A DNA stretch of 64,000 bases, from assembly GCA_963803805.1 (NCBI GenBank), contig CAWDOD010000006.1, positions 128,001 to 192,000 of the forward strand. Reading direction: 5' to 3'. Origin of the DNA: an uncultured cyanobacterium (lineage in GTDB: Bacteria; Cyanobacteriota; Cyanobacteriia; Cyanobacteriales; CAWCAG01). The translations under genes and the position numbers were made by a program. How positions within the stretch are numbered: the stretch's first letter is position 1; every line of letters begins with the position of its first letter. Of this stretch, positions 1 to 11,816 are shown piece by piece. The notes under the pieces are model-generated. The model was not told the origin of the DNA. It did no database searches and saw nothing but the letters and a program-made list of their open reading frames with translations.

Positions 1-355
1 GCGATTCAGAAACAGGTTGATAGATACCAGAAAAACTATTTGATAGTTGCTGATAAAAATTAGTAAGCTGGTTAAAAATTTGGCGGGCTTCCTGAAGCTT
101 TTTTGCCGCTAGAGTATAATCTCGATTATCGATGGCTACAATAGATTCTGCCATCAACCTCTCTCCTCCTTGCAAGCTGAGTAAGCTATCAGACTCAGTT
201 AAGGGGCGGACATTGCCAGGATCACTCAAGTCCTCTCTAGGAGATTCTAGGGTATCTTGAGCTAACCCTGAAGGTATTCCCCCTAAGCTAAAGGAGAAGG
301 GGATAGAACAAAGGCCAATTAAGCACAAGCGTCGAAAGTTTAAGGGAATCAACAT
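1..355 (-). CDS. Cyanobacterial hypothetical exported protein, partial (3' end runs off the window); not in the ORF track
   Basis: Manual translation from ATG at 355: MLIPLNFRRLCLIGLCSIPFSFSLGGIPSGLAQDTLESPREDLSDPGNVRPLTESDSLLSLQGGERLMAESIVAIDNRDYTLAAKKLQEARQIFNQLTNFYQQLSNSFSGIYQPVSES. Frame is open to the window edge; N-terminus looks like a signal peptide. Confidence 0.75.
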   Translation of the reverse strand, partial: MLIPLNFRRLCLIGLCSIPFSFSLGGIPSGLAQDTLESPREDLSDPGNVRPLTESDSLLSLQGGERLMAESIVAIDNRDYTLAAKKLQEARQIFNQLTNFYQQLSNSFSGIYQPVSES

Positions 356-546
356 TGAGTATTTTTTAGAAGTTAATGGCTAAGTAATACAATTTATTTA
401 GACTTCAGGTATCTTACAACGATTAGTTATCTAATGATATTTGTGGTAACAGCATAAATTTACAATTTTAGGGACGAGGCTAGAATTAAAAATGTATTTT
501 TAATTTTTATATTTTTAATTCTAGTAAACACAGGAGAGTAAAAATA

Positions 547-2619
547 ATGGCCAATAATCCTGATCTGGGTGTTCCTGAAAAAAGTGTAGGGTTGATTTTA
601 CAACGAGGGGGTGAAGAACTAAATCTTTTTAAGGCTGAAGATCGTTTCACCGTTGCCCTCAACTCTGAGGTTAATTTAACCGAGGAGATACCTGCTGTTG
701 CTCAATATACCCTTCCCCTTAATTCTATTGATGAAATCAGAGTAGAACCTGGGGCTATAGAAGAGGCTATGGAAACAGTTAGGGATCTAGAAACCGTTGC
801 CTATGCTAGTCATGTTTACCAGCTAGAAGATAACCCTGAAGCCCTGATTTACCTTACAGACGAATTAACTGTCCAATTTGGTTCCAACTTATCTCCTCAA
901 GAAAGAGAAGCTATTACTTCTACCTATGGTTTGGCATTTGTGAAGGAAATAGAGGAACTTGATAATACTTTCGTTTATCGAGTTACAGCAGAAGCGACAG
1001 AAAATCCGGTTAAAATTGCTAATCGCTTGCTGGGAAATCCTCAAGTTTTAACCGCAGAAGCGAATATTCTCATTCAACAAGATTCTTACTATCGCCCTCA
1101 AGATACCTATTATGGGCAGCAGTGGTATCTTAACCACAATGGTGGCTCTTTTTTGGCGACAAATTCCCACATTGATGCTGAAAAAGCTTGGGAAATTACT
1201 AAAGGAGAACGTTCTGTTGTAGTGGCGATTACCGATGATGCCATAGATATTAACCATCCTGATTTTCAGGGGTTAGGGAAAATAGTTGCCCCGAAAGATT
1301 TTAAGGATCAAGATTTGATTCCTCTTCCTGAATCTTCCCAAGAAAGCCATGGTACTGCCTGTGCTGGGGTAGCTGTAGCGGAGGAGACAGGGGATGGAGT
1401 AGTGGGTGTGGCCCCTGGTTGTGCTTTGATGCCTCTACGTACTACAGGTTTTCTGGATGATAATTCCATTGAAAAACTTTTTAGTTGGGCGGTGGATAAT
1501 GGGGCTAGCGTTATTTCCTGTAGTTGGGGGGCAGCCGCAGTACGTTTTCCCCTTTCCCTGCGTCAAAAAGCAGCTATTAACCGTGCTGCTGTGAGGGGAA
1601 GGGATGGCAAAGGTTGTGTAGTGGTTTTTGCTGCTGGTAATGCTAATCGCCCGGTTAATGGCACTATTTACGAACGTAACTGGCAAGAAAATCTTTTAAA
1701 TGGTCCCACAGAATGGTTAAGCGGTTTTGCCGCCCATCCTGATGTGATTAGTGTTTCCGCCTGTACAAGTTTAGGGCAGAAGTCTGCCTATAGTAACTGG
1801 GGAACTAATATTGCCGTTTGCGCCCCCAGTAATAACGCACCACCGGGAATGTGGTTTCAAAAGACAGGTTATATTAGTACTGGCCCCAGGGTTACTTCTT
1901 CTTTACCAGGGCTAGGAATTTTTACCACGGATTTATTAGGGCAATTAGGTTATCATGGCAGCAACTTCACCCATACTTTTGGTGGTACATCTAGTGCTTG
2001 TCCGGTAGTGGCTGGGGTTGCGGCTTTAGTTCTTTCTGTTAATCCTAATCTTACCGCTCAGCAAGTTAGGCAAATTCTGCAACAAAGCGCTGATAAAATA
2101 GTTGATACAAACCCCGATCCTCAATTGGGTTTGCGCATGGGAACCTATGATAATAATGGTTTTTGCCAATGGTTTGGTTATGGTAAGGTGAACGCTTTCA
2201 AAGCAGTAAAAGCCGCTCAAGTTACTTTGAAAACTCAATCTGCCTCTCGTACTCTACAAAAAAGTAATGATTCCCCCATCGCAATTCCTGATAATAGTTG
2301 GCAAGGCATCAATAGTAATTTACGCATTGGTGAGGCAGGAATAGTTAAAGATATTCAAGTGACAGTAAATATAACTCATCAATTTTTAGGGGATTTAGAA
2401 ATTAATTTAGTTTCTCCTACTGGGCAAAGCGTGTTGCTCCAAAGTCGAACTTTAGGTGCGAAGACTAAGTTACAAAAAAACTATAACCTAGAAACTGCTC
2501 CTATCCTTAAAGAAATGCTTGAACAACCAGCTAAAGGCACTTGGCAGTTAAAAGTTATTGATTCTGTGGTAGAGGATAAAGGGAGTTTGGATAGTTGGGA
2601 GTTGAGGTTAAAGGTTTGA
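547..2619 (+). CDS. Subtilisin-like S8 serine peptidase with C-terminal proprotein-convertase P-domain
   Basis: Catalytic motifs TDDAID, HGTACAG, GTSSACP; oxyanion FAAGN; P-domain-like tail (GDLEINLVSPTG...GTWQLKVID); AGGAG RBS upstream. Confidence 0.92.
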   Translation: MANNPDLGVPEKSVGLILQRGGEELNLFKAEDRFTVALNSEVNLTEEIPAVAQYTLPLNSIDEIRVEPGAIEEAMETVRDLETVAYASHVYQLEDNPEALIYLTDELTVQFGSNLSPQEREAITSTYGLAFVKEIEELDNTFVYRVTAEATENPVKIANRLLGNPQVLTAEANILIQQDSYYRPQDTYYGQQWYLNHNGGSFLATNSHIDAEKAWEITKGERSVVVAITDDAIDINHPDFQGLGKIVAPKDFKDQDLIPLPESSQESHGTACAGVAVAEETGDGVVGVAPGCALMPLRTTGFLDDNSIEKLFSWAVDNGASVISCSWGAAAVRFPLSLRQKAAINRAAVRGRDGKGCVVVFAAGNANRPVNGTIYERNWQENLLNGPTEWLSGFAAHPDVISVSACTSLGQKSAYSNWGTNIAVCAPSNNAPPGMWFQKTGYISTGPRVTSSLPGLGIFTTDLLGQLGYHGSNFTHTFGGTSSACPVVAGVAALVLSVNPNLTAQQVRQILQQSADKIVDTNPDPQLGLRMGTYDNNGFCQWFGYGKVNAFKAVKAAQVTLKTQSASRTLQKSNDSPIAIPDNSWQGINSNLRIGEAGIVKDIQVTVNITHQFLGDLEINLVSPTGQSVLLQSRTLGAKTKLQKNYNLETAPILKEMLEQPAKGTWQLKVIDSVVEDKGSLDSWELRLKV

Positions 2620-2760
2620 TTTGTTTACTATTCTGGGGAAGTTTGATATCATTTATCTAACTTTATTGTTTATTTTTATTGCCTAATTTTACTAATTTGG
2701 ATACCATTTTATCCTCTCTTTACTATTATTCAATACTTCTGATTTCCTATTTCCTATTAC

Positions 2761-4551
2761 TTACAAACCATAAATCCAAATAATTAGTAAAGGCGTAACA
2801 ATAGTCAGCAATGAATTAAGGCCAACTCCAAAACGGGTAAAGTCCAGAAATTTATAATTTCCTGGTCCGTAAACCATAGTATTTGTTTGATAACCGATGG
2901 GTGTCATAAAGCTAGTTGAGGCAGCAAAAGTGACTGCAAACATGAAAGCAAAGGGATTAAGTTCTAAGGTTTTAGCTACTTCAACGGCAATAGGAAGCAT
3001 TAACACTACCGAAGCATTATTAGAGAGAATTTCTGTTAATAAAGAAGTAGTTAAATAGAAAAAAGTTAAAATCCAATAGCCAGATAAATTCCCTCCTAAA
3101 ATAACCAAATTATCAGCCAACCAAGCTGTTGCCCCAGAATTATCCATAGCAATTCCTAAAGGAATTAACCCAGCTAAAAGGAAAATAACATCCCAACGTA
3201 CAGCGCTATAAATTTCTCCTGGTTTAAGACAGCCTGTAATAATCATTAAAACTACTCCAGCCAAAGCACTAACTAAAATTGGCATTAAATTAGTGGCAGC
3301 TAAACTGATGACGGCGATGATGATAAAAATAGCAATAGGTGCTTTATCAGTACGTAAAGTTTCTAAATCTCCTTGTTCAATTACTAGTAATTCTTTGGTG
3401 GTTTGCAAACCTAAAAAGCTTTGTCTTGGGGCTTGAATCAGTAATAAGTCACCAAAACGTAAAGGTACTCTTCCTAGTCTTTTACGAACAAATTCTTGTC
3501 CTCTGCGGATGGCGATAACTGTAGCATTATAACGTTGCCGAAAACGTAAATCTTTGAGGGTAGAACCGATTAAATGGGAGTTGGATAGAATTAAAACCTC
3601 CCCAACTTTTTCCTCGCCAGAAGTGAGTTCTACTTCTAAAGAACCTTGACCAAATTCTACATCCGGCAGTATATCAATTCCTCTTTCATCTTTAATACTT
3701 AATAAGTCTTCCCGACTTCCCCTAACTATTAAAATATCTCCACCAGAAAGAACTTTATCACCTAGAGGTTGAGGGAAACGGTTATCATCGTGGATAATTT
3801 CTAAGATGTCTAAATCAAACTTACGCTGAATTTGACTTTGGCTTAAAGTTTGACCAATTAAACTAGAACGGGGTAAAATGACTACCTCACTAACATAATC
3901 TTTCAAGCCATATTCTTGCCCTACTAAATCACTATTCGCTTTCTTACGATCTGGCAAAAATCTTGGGGCGGCTAAAGCAAGATAAGCTAAACCAACACAG
4001 AAAGTGAGGATGCCTAAAGGGGTAAATTGAAAAATACTAAATTCTCCATATCCTAACTGTTTTGATAAACCACTAGCGAGGATATTAGTAGAAGTACCAA
4101 TGACAGTAATCATGCCTCCTAAGATAGAAATATAGGAAAGAGGAATCAAAAGTTTAGAAACAGAAATTCCTTGCTTTTTTCCCCATTCTTCAACAATGGG
4201 TAAAAACACAGCCACCACAGCCGTATTATTGATTAAAGCAGAAATGGGACCAACAATAGCACCCATTACAAAAATTTGTTGAGTGGGGTTTTCTCCTCCA
4301 AATTTTGTCAGCCAATCTCGAATCACCTGAACTACCCCTGTACGAGTAACTCCGGCACTAAGAATAAACATTGCCATTACTGTAATGGTGGCAGCATTAC
4401 CAAAACCAGAAATACCTTCTTCTGGTTCGACTAACCCTAGTAACATCAAAATGACTGTTACTAAAATAGCGGTAATATCTACAGGTAGCCACTCAGTGAT
4501 AAACAGTACTAAAGCTAGAACTAAGACGCTGAGGGTAAGAAGAATTGTCAT
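2761..4551 (-). CDS. SLC13/DASS family anion permease with TrkA-C domains
   Basis: INNTAVV and SNNASVV motifs, IGTSTNI, TPIGYQTNTMV; soluble central TrkA-C-like repeats between transmembrane blocks. Confidence 0.9.
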   Translation of the reverse strand: MTILLTLSVLVLALVLFITEWLPVDITAILVTVILMLLGLVEPEEGISGFGNAATITVMAMFILSAGVTRTGVVQVIRDWLTKFGGENPTQQIFVMGAIVGPISALINNTAVVAVFLPIVEEWGKKQGISVSKLLIPLSYISILGGMITVIGTSTNILASGLSKQLGYGEFSIFQFTPLGILTFCVGLAYLALAAPRFLPDRKKANSDLVGQEYGLKDYVSEVVILPRSSLIGQTLSQSQIQRKFDLDILEIIHDDNRFPQPLGDKVLSGGDILIVRGSREDLLSIKDERGIDILPDVEFGQGSLEVELTSGEEKVGEVLILSNSHLIGSTLKDLRFRQRYNATVIAIRRGQEFVRKRLGRVPLRFGDLLLIQAPRQSFLGLQTTKELLVIEQGDLETLRTDKAPIAIFIIIAVISLAATNLMPILVSALAGVVLMIITGCLKPGEIYSAVRWDVIFLLAGLIPLGIAMDNSGATAWLADNLVILGGNLSGYWILTFFYLTTSLLTEILSNNASVVLMLPIAVEVAKTLELNPFAFMFAVTFAASTSFMTPIGYQTNTMVYGPGNYKFLDFTRFGVGLNSLLTIVTPLLIIWIYGL

Positions 4552-4769
4552 GCTAAGGGGAAAAAGAATATAGTGTTTCGTTGAGGTTTTTAATTAACTT
4601 GTTTGAACTTGAGAAAGTATATATCTTTCAATCCAAAATAGCGACTATATTTAGTTAGTCAATAGTTCCCATTTCCCTCCCTAACTCCTGAAGTGATAGA
4701 TTTGTGCTATAAATGCAGCTTTTTGTCTTAAGAGTCAACTAAATTAAAGCTGTAAGGGAGTAAGATTTT

Positions 4770-5729
4770 ATGTCTGAAGAACGTCAAGAACAAACATCCT
4801 CAACCGTTAAGGCAGCTAATCAATCTTTTCTGAAAGCCCAAACTATCAAAACTCTGCGGGGAACGATTAATGTTCTAGAAGGAGTAGTAGATAAGCTAGA
4901 AGCTGAACCTGAAACACGAATTGCTACTACGATTAGTAGCGAAGAAGTTGGGGAAATTACAGAAGAGTTTAACCAAGAAGTTACTACTTTCCCGACACCA
5001 GAACCGATAGAAGAAGTTCCGACACAATTAGTTGAAGCGGAAACAACAGAAGTTAAACAAGAAACTCCCCCTGGTAAAACCAGATTTTTCGATAAAATTT
5101 TGCCCAATTTCCCGACAGTAGAAACTTGGTGGGATGATAATTTGGATAAAATCCGTTCTTTGTTACCGACATCAGTAAGCGAGAAGCTTTCTGATTGGGG
5201 TTTGACAGGAATTTTAGTGACAATTGTGGTGATTATGTTGTGGACTGGGGTGGCTTTATTGCCTCAAAGAGATGTTCAAATAGCCCAGGAACAAGAAACC
5301 TTACCTCCTTTGATAGAAGCACCTCAAGAATTAAGCGCCCCCCAAGAACCCCAACCTATACAAGAACTTCCTCCCCCTCCTCCTCCAGAACCAAAATTAA
5401 CCCCAGAACAGGGCTTGATTGCAGCAATTCAAAAACAAACAGCAGAAATTACTAATCAATATGCAGAAGGTTTGGTTAACTCCATTGAAGCAGATTTTGT
5501 TGGTAGTAATTTAACAGTTAAAGTCAGTGATGATTGGTATGAATTAACTCCTTCTCGCCAATCTAAGCTAGCTAATAAAATGTTAGCTAAGGCTCAAAAA
5601 TTAGATTTTCGTAAGTTGAAAATCACTAATATAGAAGGAAAACTTTTAGCCCGTAGTCCGGTTGTTGGTTCGGAGATGATTGTTTTGCAAGATAGTTCAA
5701 CAATTGATAATTCCCAATTACCAAACTGA
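4770..5729 (+). CDS. Cyanobacterial single-pass membrane protein, Pro/Glu-rich
   Basis: 319-aa ORF with one TM segment (LTGILVTIVVIMLWTGVALL), poly-Pro linker and C-terminal LLARSPVVG motif. Confidence 0.75.
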   Translation: MSEERQEQTSSTVKAANQSFLKAQTIKTLRGTINVLEGVVDKLEAEPETRIATTISSEEVGEITEEFNQEVTTFPTPEPIEEVPTQLVEAETTEVKQETPPGKTRFFDKILPNFPTVETWWDDNLDKIRSLLPTSVSEKLSDWGLTGILVTIVVIMLWTGVALLPQRDVQIAQEQETLPPLIEAPQELSAPQEPQPIQELPPPPPPEPKLTPEQGLIAAIQKQTAEITNQYAEGLVNSIEADFVGSNLTVKVSDDWYELTPSRQSKLANKMLAKAQKLDFRKLKITNIEGKLLARSPVVGSEMIVLQDSSTIDNSQLPN

Positions 5730-5895
5730 GTCAATAGAGGAAAAAATATGGATTCGAGTAGTCTGCAATAAGGCGATCGCAGTCTAATTTATACCAATTA
5801 AATAGAGAAATAATTACTTTTAGCTATTTATGACAATACAGATAGTGGTTTAGCATAGGTTTTAAGCAAGGGGCATTCTTGTTAAAATATAGTAA

Positions 5896-6666
5896 TTAAC
5901 CCAAAGGATTTAACCAACGAGAAATTTCTTGATTAAGACGTTTGACATCTCGCAATGCCCCTTGTTTTACCCACTGCCCAATGGCATCAAAAGGAGTAAA
6001 ATCTGTTCCTGTTTGCCAGTTAATTTCTTGTCCTAAAGGGGTTAAATGATTGCCGGGAAGAGTTTGGGCAGCAACTAAGTTAGGAAAACGCTCTTGTAAT
6101 ACAGGAGTTAAACTTACAGTTTGGTCTATATTATCTTGGGTAAACTTAATTAATAAGTTGCGCCGGACACGATAATTTTTAGCAATAATAGCCGTGGTTT
6201 CTTCAGGAGATGGGGTAAATTCAACGTTAAAAGTTTGAGGTATAGCAAACTGATCCAGGAAAGGAATTGCCCGGCGCACAGGATAATTGTTGTAGGAGAT
6301 GAGGATATTTCCTGCTCTTTTTACGGTGTATAAACTGCCGATTAATAGGTGGAGTTTACAACCCATACTATGACCAATACCATAAATAGGTAAGTAGCCT
6401 TTGGTGAGAATAGCTTGATTTTCTAAGCGTTCAATAATTGTCTCAAATCGATTAAGTACACTTCTGGCGATCGCACCATGATCTAACGACGTATTCAAAA
6501 AAGGAGTGGCGATCGCAACGTAACCCTGTTTTCCTAACTGTTCTAATAACCAGCGATAAGTTACATGAGGGGCGCTAGCCACAAAAGCACCTCCTAAAAA
6601 ATGTACAATACCAATCGGCTGACGAGGAATTAATACCCAGCCACCATAAATTTCTTGCCAGTCCAT
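5896..6666 (-). CDS. DUF1350 family alpha/beta-hydrolase-like protein
   Basis: HFLGGAFV, GHSMGCKLHLLI nucleophile elbow, GNHLTP. Confidence 0.85.
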   Translation of the reverse strand: MDWQEIYGGWVLIPRQPIGIVHFLGGAFVASAPHVTYRWLLEQLGKQGYVAIATPFLNTSLDHGAIARSVLNRFETIIERLENQAILTKGYLPIYGIGHSMGCKLHLLIGSLYTVKRAGNILISYNNYPVRRAIPFLDQFAIPQTFNVEFTPSPEETTAIIAKNYRVRRNLLIKFTQDNIDQTVSLTPVLQERFPNLVAAQTLPGNHLTPLGQEINWQTGTDFTPFDAIGQWVKQGALRDVKRLNQEISRWLNPLG

Positions 6667-6741
6667 AGTTTAAGTAATAAGTAATAAGTGAGGGGAGAAA
6701 GAAGAAAGGGTAAGGGGTAAAATCATTTTTCCGATTAGCAA

Positions 6742-7533
6742 TTAACCAACTACACCACTTCCTGTACCTTGGAACATTAAATAAGACAATAAAAAATTGG
6801 TAATAAAGATTGCTAGTAAAGCTGTTACCACCGCAGTTGTAGTAGATTGTCCTACTCCTTTAGCACCTCCAGTAGTTGTCAATCCCCAGCTACAGCCAAT
6901 TATGGCGATTAGCCCACCAAAAATGATGCCTTTAATAGCAGCACTAAATAAATCCCAAACTCCGAGAAAGCTATTAGCTGAGTCCAAAAAAACTTTAGGA
7001 GCAATATCATACAAATTAGTAGCAATCATCAGCCCCCCAGCCATACCAATAATTAAAGAAAGAATAGTCAACAAAGGTAACATCAAGCAACAAGCAACAA
7101 CCCTTGGTATCACCAAATAGTCAATAGGGTCAGTTTTCAGCATTAACAAAGCATCAATTTGCTCTGTTACTCGCATTGTACCTATTTCCGCCGCAAAAGC
7201 AGAACCTACTCTTCCTGCTAAGACAACCGCAGTTAGTACCGGAGCCAATTCCCGTGATAAAGCCAAAGAAAGAACCCCCCCCACAGCAGTTCCTGCCCCA
7301 AGATAAATAAATTCCCTAGCTACTTGAATTGTAAATACCATACCGACAAAACCAGCAGTAATTAGAGCAATACTTAAAGATTCTGGCCCCACTGCTGCCA
7401 TTTGTTCCATAGTGTTGCGGCGGTGAATTTTACTTTTGAGCAAATGAACTATAACTTGTCCTGCCAAAAGGGCTGCTGCTAATAAGCGATCTAACCAAAT
7501 TCCTATACCCGTTTGTCGTTTGTCAACCGCCAA
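6742..7533 (-). CDS. mlaE: MlaE/Ycf63 lipid ABC transporter permease
   Basis: RELAPVLTAVVLAGRVGSAFAAEIGTMRVTEQIDAL and GGAKGVGQSTTTAVV. Confidence 0.92.
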   Translation of the reverse strand: MAVDKRQTGIGIWLDRLLAAALLAGQVIVHLLKSKIHRRNTMEQMAAVGPESLSIALITAGFVGMVFTIQVAREFIYLGAGTAVGGVLSLALSRELAPVLTAVVLAGRVGSAFAAEIGTMRVTEQIDALLMLKTDPIDYLVIPRVVACCLMLPLLTILSLIIGMAGGLMIATNLYDIAPKVFLDSANSFLGVWDLFSAAIKGIIFGGLIAIIGCSWGLTTTGGAKGVGQSTTTAVVTALLAIFITNFLLSYLMFQGTGSGVVG

Positions 7534-7639
7534 CTTTTCTACTCCTTTGGTTTTACACTTTGTAGCTTAATTTATAAGCCATTAGCCATTAGCCAAAGCA
7601 CAAAAATCAGAGTGTTAGCTATTGACTACCAATTAAATT

Positions 7640-10543
7640 TTATTTATCATCAGTAGCTTCTACCCGGAAGCGTTCTACCCCAGATAATAAGTCTCTAGCA
7701 ATGGTAACTAAATTTTGCAGAGCAGAAGAAACTCGTTGGGATTCTTGAGAAGTTTCTTGGGCGGTTAGTTCCACAGATTGCATAACCTGAGCAACAGCTT
7801 TAGATGTTTCCGTTTGTTCTACGGTATCTGCGGCGATAGAGCGTACTAAAGCATCAATACGGTTGGATACTTGGACAATATCTTCTAGGGAGCGCTTAGC
7901 TTGCTCTGCACGCTTTGTACCATCAATAACTTGTTGTGTACCTTCTTCCATTGCTGTCATCACAGAGCTAGTTTCTCCTTGGATTTGCAGCACAATTTGT
8001 TCAATTTCTTTTAAGGCTTTAGCGGATTTATCAGCTAACTGCCGTACTTCATCAGCAACAATAGCAAAACCTTTACCCGCTTCTCCAGCCCTAGCTGCTT
8101 CAATGGAAGCATTAAGAGCAAGTAAGTTTGTTCTAGCGGCAATTTGAGCAATTACTTGGACAATTTGACCAATTTTCTGGGATGACTCTCCTAAACGTTT
8201 AACCTTACGGGTAGTTTCGGCTACAGTTTCCCTAATTTGTAAAATACCAGCAACAGTATGTTCTACCGCTTCCCCACCTTTAAGAGCCGTAGAAGAGGCA
8301 GAACGAGCCACATCCTCAGCTTCACGGGCATTTTCTGCTACCCGTTGAATTGAGTCAGTCATCATTTGTACTGAATTTAGGGTGACAGCTAACTCTTCTG
8401 CTTGGCGCAAAGCATCACTAGATAAACCACGGGCAAAAGATTCACTATCGGTAGAATTTTTATTAACTTGCCTTGCGGCTTGTTTAACCTGTTGGACAAT
8501 TTCTCTCAGGTTTTGGATCGTTAAGTTAAAAGCATCAGCTACAGCTCCTAATACATCTGCTGTAACTTCTGCTTGAACAGTTAAATCTCCCCTAGCTGCC
8601 CCTTCTACATCATCTAGCAAGCGAATAACTTGCCTTTGTAAATCTTCCTTTTGTTGCTCTTGTTCATCTGCTTTACGCTGGGCTTCGCTGGTAGTGGTTA
8701 AAATCACCCTAGCCATTTGGTTAAAACCTGCGGCTAAGCGCCCAAACTCATCTTCAGTGTAAACTGTCGCTTTGGCATTAAGATTACCTTGGCACACCGA
8801 ATCAAATTGCCCTTGTAGATTATTGGTAGCTCTTTTAACTTGCTTAGCGGTTTTTTGACCTAAAAACCAAGTTGTACCAAAACTAGCCGCCCCAGCAATA
8901 AGAGTAGTTATAAACCCAGCTCCTCTTAGGTAGGGAATTACTGCTGCTTTACTCTCTTCAGGAGCAAGATTAGAAGCCCCAAAACTAACCGTAGCTACAG
9001 CAATCATGGAAACGCCCCCAGCAATTAAAGCTTGAAGCAAATTCTTCTTTTCTAGAGGAGCATTTTCATAAAACCCAAGTACTCCTTGTTCTCCTTGAAC
9101 ACTAGGTTCCACCTCAAGCTCTGTAGGGCTAGTAAAATTAGTAGCTACACTAGCTGGACTATCAGTAATACCAAAGCCTTCACCACTAGCAATATTTTCT
9201 TTGCTAGTAGGGATTTTAGAAGAAGCTAGATTCGGTTGGCTATCAAAACCAAAACTTGAATCAGCTAAATCACTACTACTACCAATACTACTGCTATCAA
9301 CTTCTGGCATATCAAAAGGAACACTACCAAGATCATCGTTGAAGACATCAAATTCTTCTAGAAAACCTCCACCTTCACTCTGCTCGTCAGCAATATTTCC
9401 CGAAACGAAGCCATTTTCTTGCTCTACGGAGAAAGAGTCATCGCCAAAAGCACTATCAAAGTCTTGGAAACTATCAAAGTCCTCTTGGGAACTAGCACCA
9501 TTTTCTTGTGAATTATTGTAAGAGTCCTCTAAAAATTGCTCTGCTTGGTTCAATTCTTGGTCATCGAAATAACCTAAATTTTCTCCTTCTTGATCCAAGG
9601 TATCTTGTAACTCTCCAGAGGACATGAGGAGGGTTTCTTGAAAATCTTGAGGTTGAGAGCTTTGAGAAGGAGTTTGTTCGGCGGCAATATCTTCAAAGGT
9701 TTCTTCTGTTTGGGCATCAAATTCTTGAGGAAAATCTTCTAAGCCAGAGTTTTGCTCAAAACTACCGTTAGGAGGGATAACGAAGGTTGCACCTAGATTA
9801 TCTTCAGGAAGTTCATCAAAAATGCTATCTTCTGCCTCTAGAGGGCTATTATTAAGACTTTCATCAAGGGAGAAAGCATTGTCAAAAGGCGTTTCCTCTC
9901 CATCTTGTGACCAATTTTCATCTACTAATTCTTCAGAAGCAAAAGGGTTACTTGTGTCTTCTAAGTTTTCATAGTCGTCCCTAGAGTTACTGAAGTTATT
10001 AGCTTCAGTATTTCCAAAAGGGCTAGAAGACTGTTGTGATTCTGAGGGTAAATCCCCTAAAGAACCTGCGCTCAAGCTATCATCATCGAAATTAAAGTTA
10101 CCAAGATCGAAGTCCCCTTCAGCACTGAGTTGTTCATCTCCTTCTGCTTGTAGATATTGATAGTCTTCTAGAGAGTACTCATTTTCCATCTCAGAAGTGT
10201 CAGTGTCTGAGGGGGCAGCCGTATCTACGACCATACCGTTATTATCAAGAAAGTCCTCTTCTTCTTGGGCTTGAATACTGCCTATAGACTCTAAGCCATT
10301 ACTGGCGTATTCTATGTATTCTTGTTCTTCACTGAGCTGGAGAACTAATTCATACTGTTCTTTCGCCACATCATACTGTTGTAAAGCATAGTAAGTATGA
10401 CCTCTCAGTAAAGCGGCGCTCGCTTCTTCTGGAAAATCTGCTGCTACACGGTCAATCATTGCTGCAGCTTCTTCATATTTGCCTAGAGCGTACGCTTTTG
10501 CGGCTTGCCCGTATTCGTTTTCGTAGTCCGTACTTGAGCGCAT
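7640..10543 (-). CDS. pilJ: Methyl-accepting chemotaxis protein PilJ/HmpD type (N-terminal TPR, acidic linker, 2 TM, HAMP, MA domain)
   Basis: [38 protein letters not shown]-like [13 protein letters not shown]; fourth gene of the taxis operon. Confidence 0.9.
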   Translation of the reverse strand: MRSSTDYENEYGQAAKAYALGKYEEAAAMIDRVAADFPEEASAALLRGHTYYALQQYDVAKEQYELVLQLSEEQEYIEYASNGLESIGSIQAQEEEDFLDNNGMVVDTAAPSDTDTSEMENEYSLEDYQYLQAEGDEQLSAEGDFDLGNFNFDDDSLSAGSLGDLPSESQQSSSPFGNTEANNFSNSRDDYENLEDTSNPFASEELVDENWSQDGEETPFDNAFSLDESLNNSPLEAEDSIFDELPEDNLGATFVIPPNGSFEQNSGLEDFPQEFDAQTEETFEDIAAEQTPSQSSQPQDFQETLLMSSGELQDTLDQEGENLGYFDDQELNQAEQFLEDSYNNSQENGASSQEDFDSFQDFDSAFGDDSFSVEQENGFVSGNIADEQSEGGGFLEEFDVFNDDLGSVPFDMPEVDSSSIGSSSDLADSSFGFDSQPNLASSKIPTSKENIASGEGFGITDSPASVATNFTSPTELEVEPSVQGEQGVLGFYENAPLEKKNLLQALIAGGVSMIAVATVSFGASNLAPEESKAAVIPYLRGAGFITTLIAGAASFGTTWFLGQKTAKQVKRATNNLQGQFDSVCQGNLNAKATVYTEDEFGRLAAGFNQMARVILTTTSEAQRKADEQEQQKEDLQRQVIRLLDDVEGAARGDLTVQAEVTADVLGAVADAFNLTIQNLREIVQQVKQAARQVNKNSTDSESFARGLSSDALRQAEELAVTLNSVQMMTDSIQRVAENAREAEDVARSASSTALKGGEAVEHTVAGILQIRETVAETTRKVKRLGESSQKIGQIVQVIAQIAARTNLLALNASIEAARAGEAGKGFAIVADEVRQLADKSAKALKEIEQIVLQIQGETSSVMTAMEEGTQQVIDGTKRAEQAKRSLEDIVQVSNRIDALVRSIAADTVEQTETSKAVAQVMQSVELTAQETSQESQRVSSALQNLVTIARDLLSGVERFRVEATDDK

Positions 10544-10721
10544 TTACCTTATCCTCATCCGCTGAGCCTTTATCTGTGTACCAGTCGTCAGTTGTTATTC
10601 ATTCCGTCTATTCTAGGGCTTTTGCCACTGACTTCAATAATTACTGGCTACAGACAAATCCTAGAAGCACATGAAATTAAGTTTATTTTAAATATCAAGA
10701 TGCTGATAAATATGCTATGTT

Positions 10722-11255
10722 TCACGCTGCCCATCTTGCAGAGCGTAGGATCGCTATCTGGTTGAGTAGCCCTAAAGTCTGTTGGGAATTTTCATTTAAA
10801 ACCCATTCTCTAGGAATGAAGGGAACCATACTATCCGGGACATTTGTTGGCATCTGGGTTTGCTCAATATCTAGCCAATCCATACAGTTAATTTCGTCGA
10901 TGGCTAATCCGAGAATACTTTCTTGGTCTTCAATGGCAATAACCATTATTTCTGGTCGCTCAGTGTTAAGGGTGGTTGTATCCCCTAAAAATTGACCGAG
11001 ATCAGCAACCCAAATTACCTGTCCCCTTAAATTTATCGTTCCCAGTAATAGAGGAGAAGTATTCGGAATGGGAGTAACCCAATCAAGAGGTTGGGCAATT
11101 ACTTCTTTGATCCCCATAGCAGGTAAGGCAAACTCTTGACCCGAAGCAATATAAAATCTTAGGTGCAGTTCTCCTTCAGGAGTTTCTAGTTCCTGAATAT
11201 CTTGGGTAATATCCTGTTGCCCGCTATCAGTTAAAAAGTCTGGATTGCCAACCAT
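10722..11255 (-). CDS. pilI: CheW-like protein PilI/HmpC
   Basis: TPIPNTSPLLLGTINLRGQVIWVADL; operon context. Confidence 0.88.
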   Translation of the reverse strand: MVGNPDFLTDSGQQDITQDIQELETPEGELHLRFYIASGQEFALPAMGIKEVIAQPLDWVTPIPNTSPLLLGTINLRGQVIWVADLGQFLGDTTTLNTERPEIMVIAIEDQESILGLAIDEINCMDWLDIEQTQMPTNVPDSMVPFIPREWVLNENSQQTLGLLNQIAILRSARWAA

Positions 11256-11276
11256 ATTTCCTTTCCTTTGTTGTTT

Positions 11277-11642
11277 TTATCCTCGGAGCAGTTGTTTAAC
11301 TGTACCAATCAACTCTGTTGGCTGAAAAGGTTTGGCTATATAAGCATCAGCTCCTTGCTTCATGCCCCAATAGCGATCAAATTCTTCACCTTTGGAAGAA
11401 CACATTACCACTGGTACATCCTGGGTTTTCGGGTCGGCTTTGAGTCGTCGGCAGACTTCATAACCGTTCATCCGAGGCATGACAATATCCAAAACTACCA
11501 GGTCAGGACTAATTTGTTGAATCTGCTCTAAGGCTTCCACGCCATCACTGGCCACAGTGACATTTAAACCACTGCCTTTCAGGAGGTCTGAGATCATTTG
11601 TCGCTGGGCAAGGCTGTCTTCTACAACCAAAACTTTACTCAT
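11277..11642 (-). CDS. pilH: CheY-like response regulator PilH/HmpB
   Basis: Single receiver domain (VEDS, LDIVMP, AKPF); operon context. Confidence 0.88.
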   Translation of the reverse strand: MSKVLVVEDSLAQRQMISDLLKGSGLNVTVASDGVEALEQIQQISPDLVVLDIVMPRMNGYEVCRRLKADPKTQDVPVVMCSSKGEEFDRYWGMKQGADAYIAKPFQPTELIGTVKQLLRG

Positions 11643-11816
11643 AACTCCCTACCCGATTTGTCGGTTAGCGTTGGTGTAAATGGAACCCACATTTTATTAC
11701 TCGCACTTAATTTTATGATGATTTTTGTAATATGTATGTCTTTGTTTAGAAGCCACCTAAATCAAATTCTGGTGTCTCCTTATAATATTATTATCTCTTG
11801 CTATTTAACTGTTTTT

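Noticed and set aside
480-524. Inverted repeat CTAGAATTAAAAAT...ATTTTTAATTCTAG upstream of the S8 protease as a MITE or operator
   Set aside because: Almost entirely A/T and seen once in the window; no function can be assigned.
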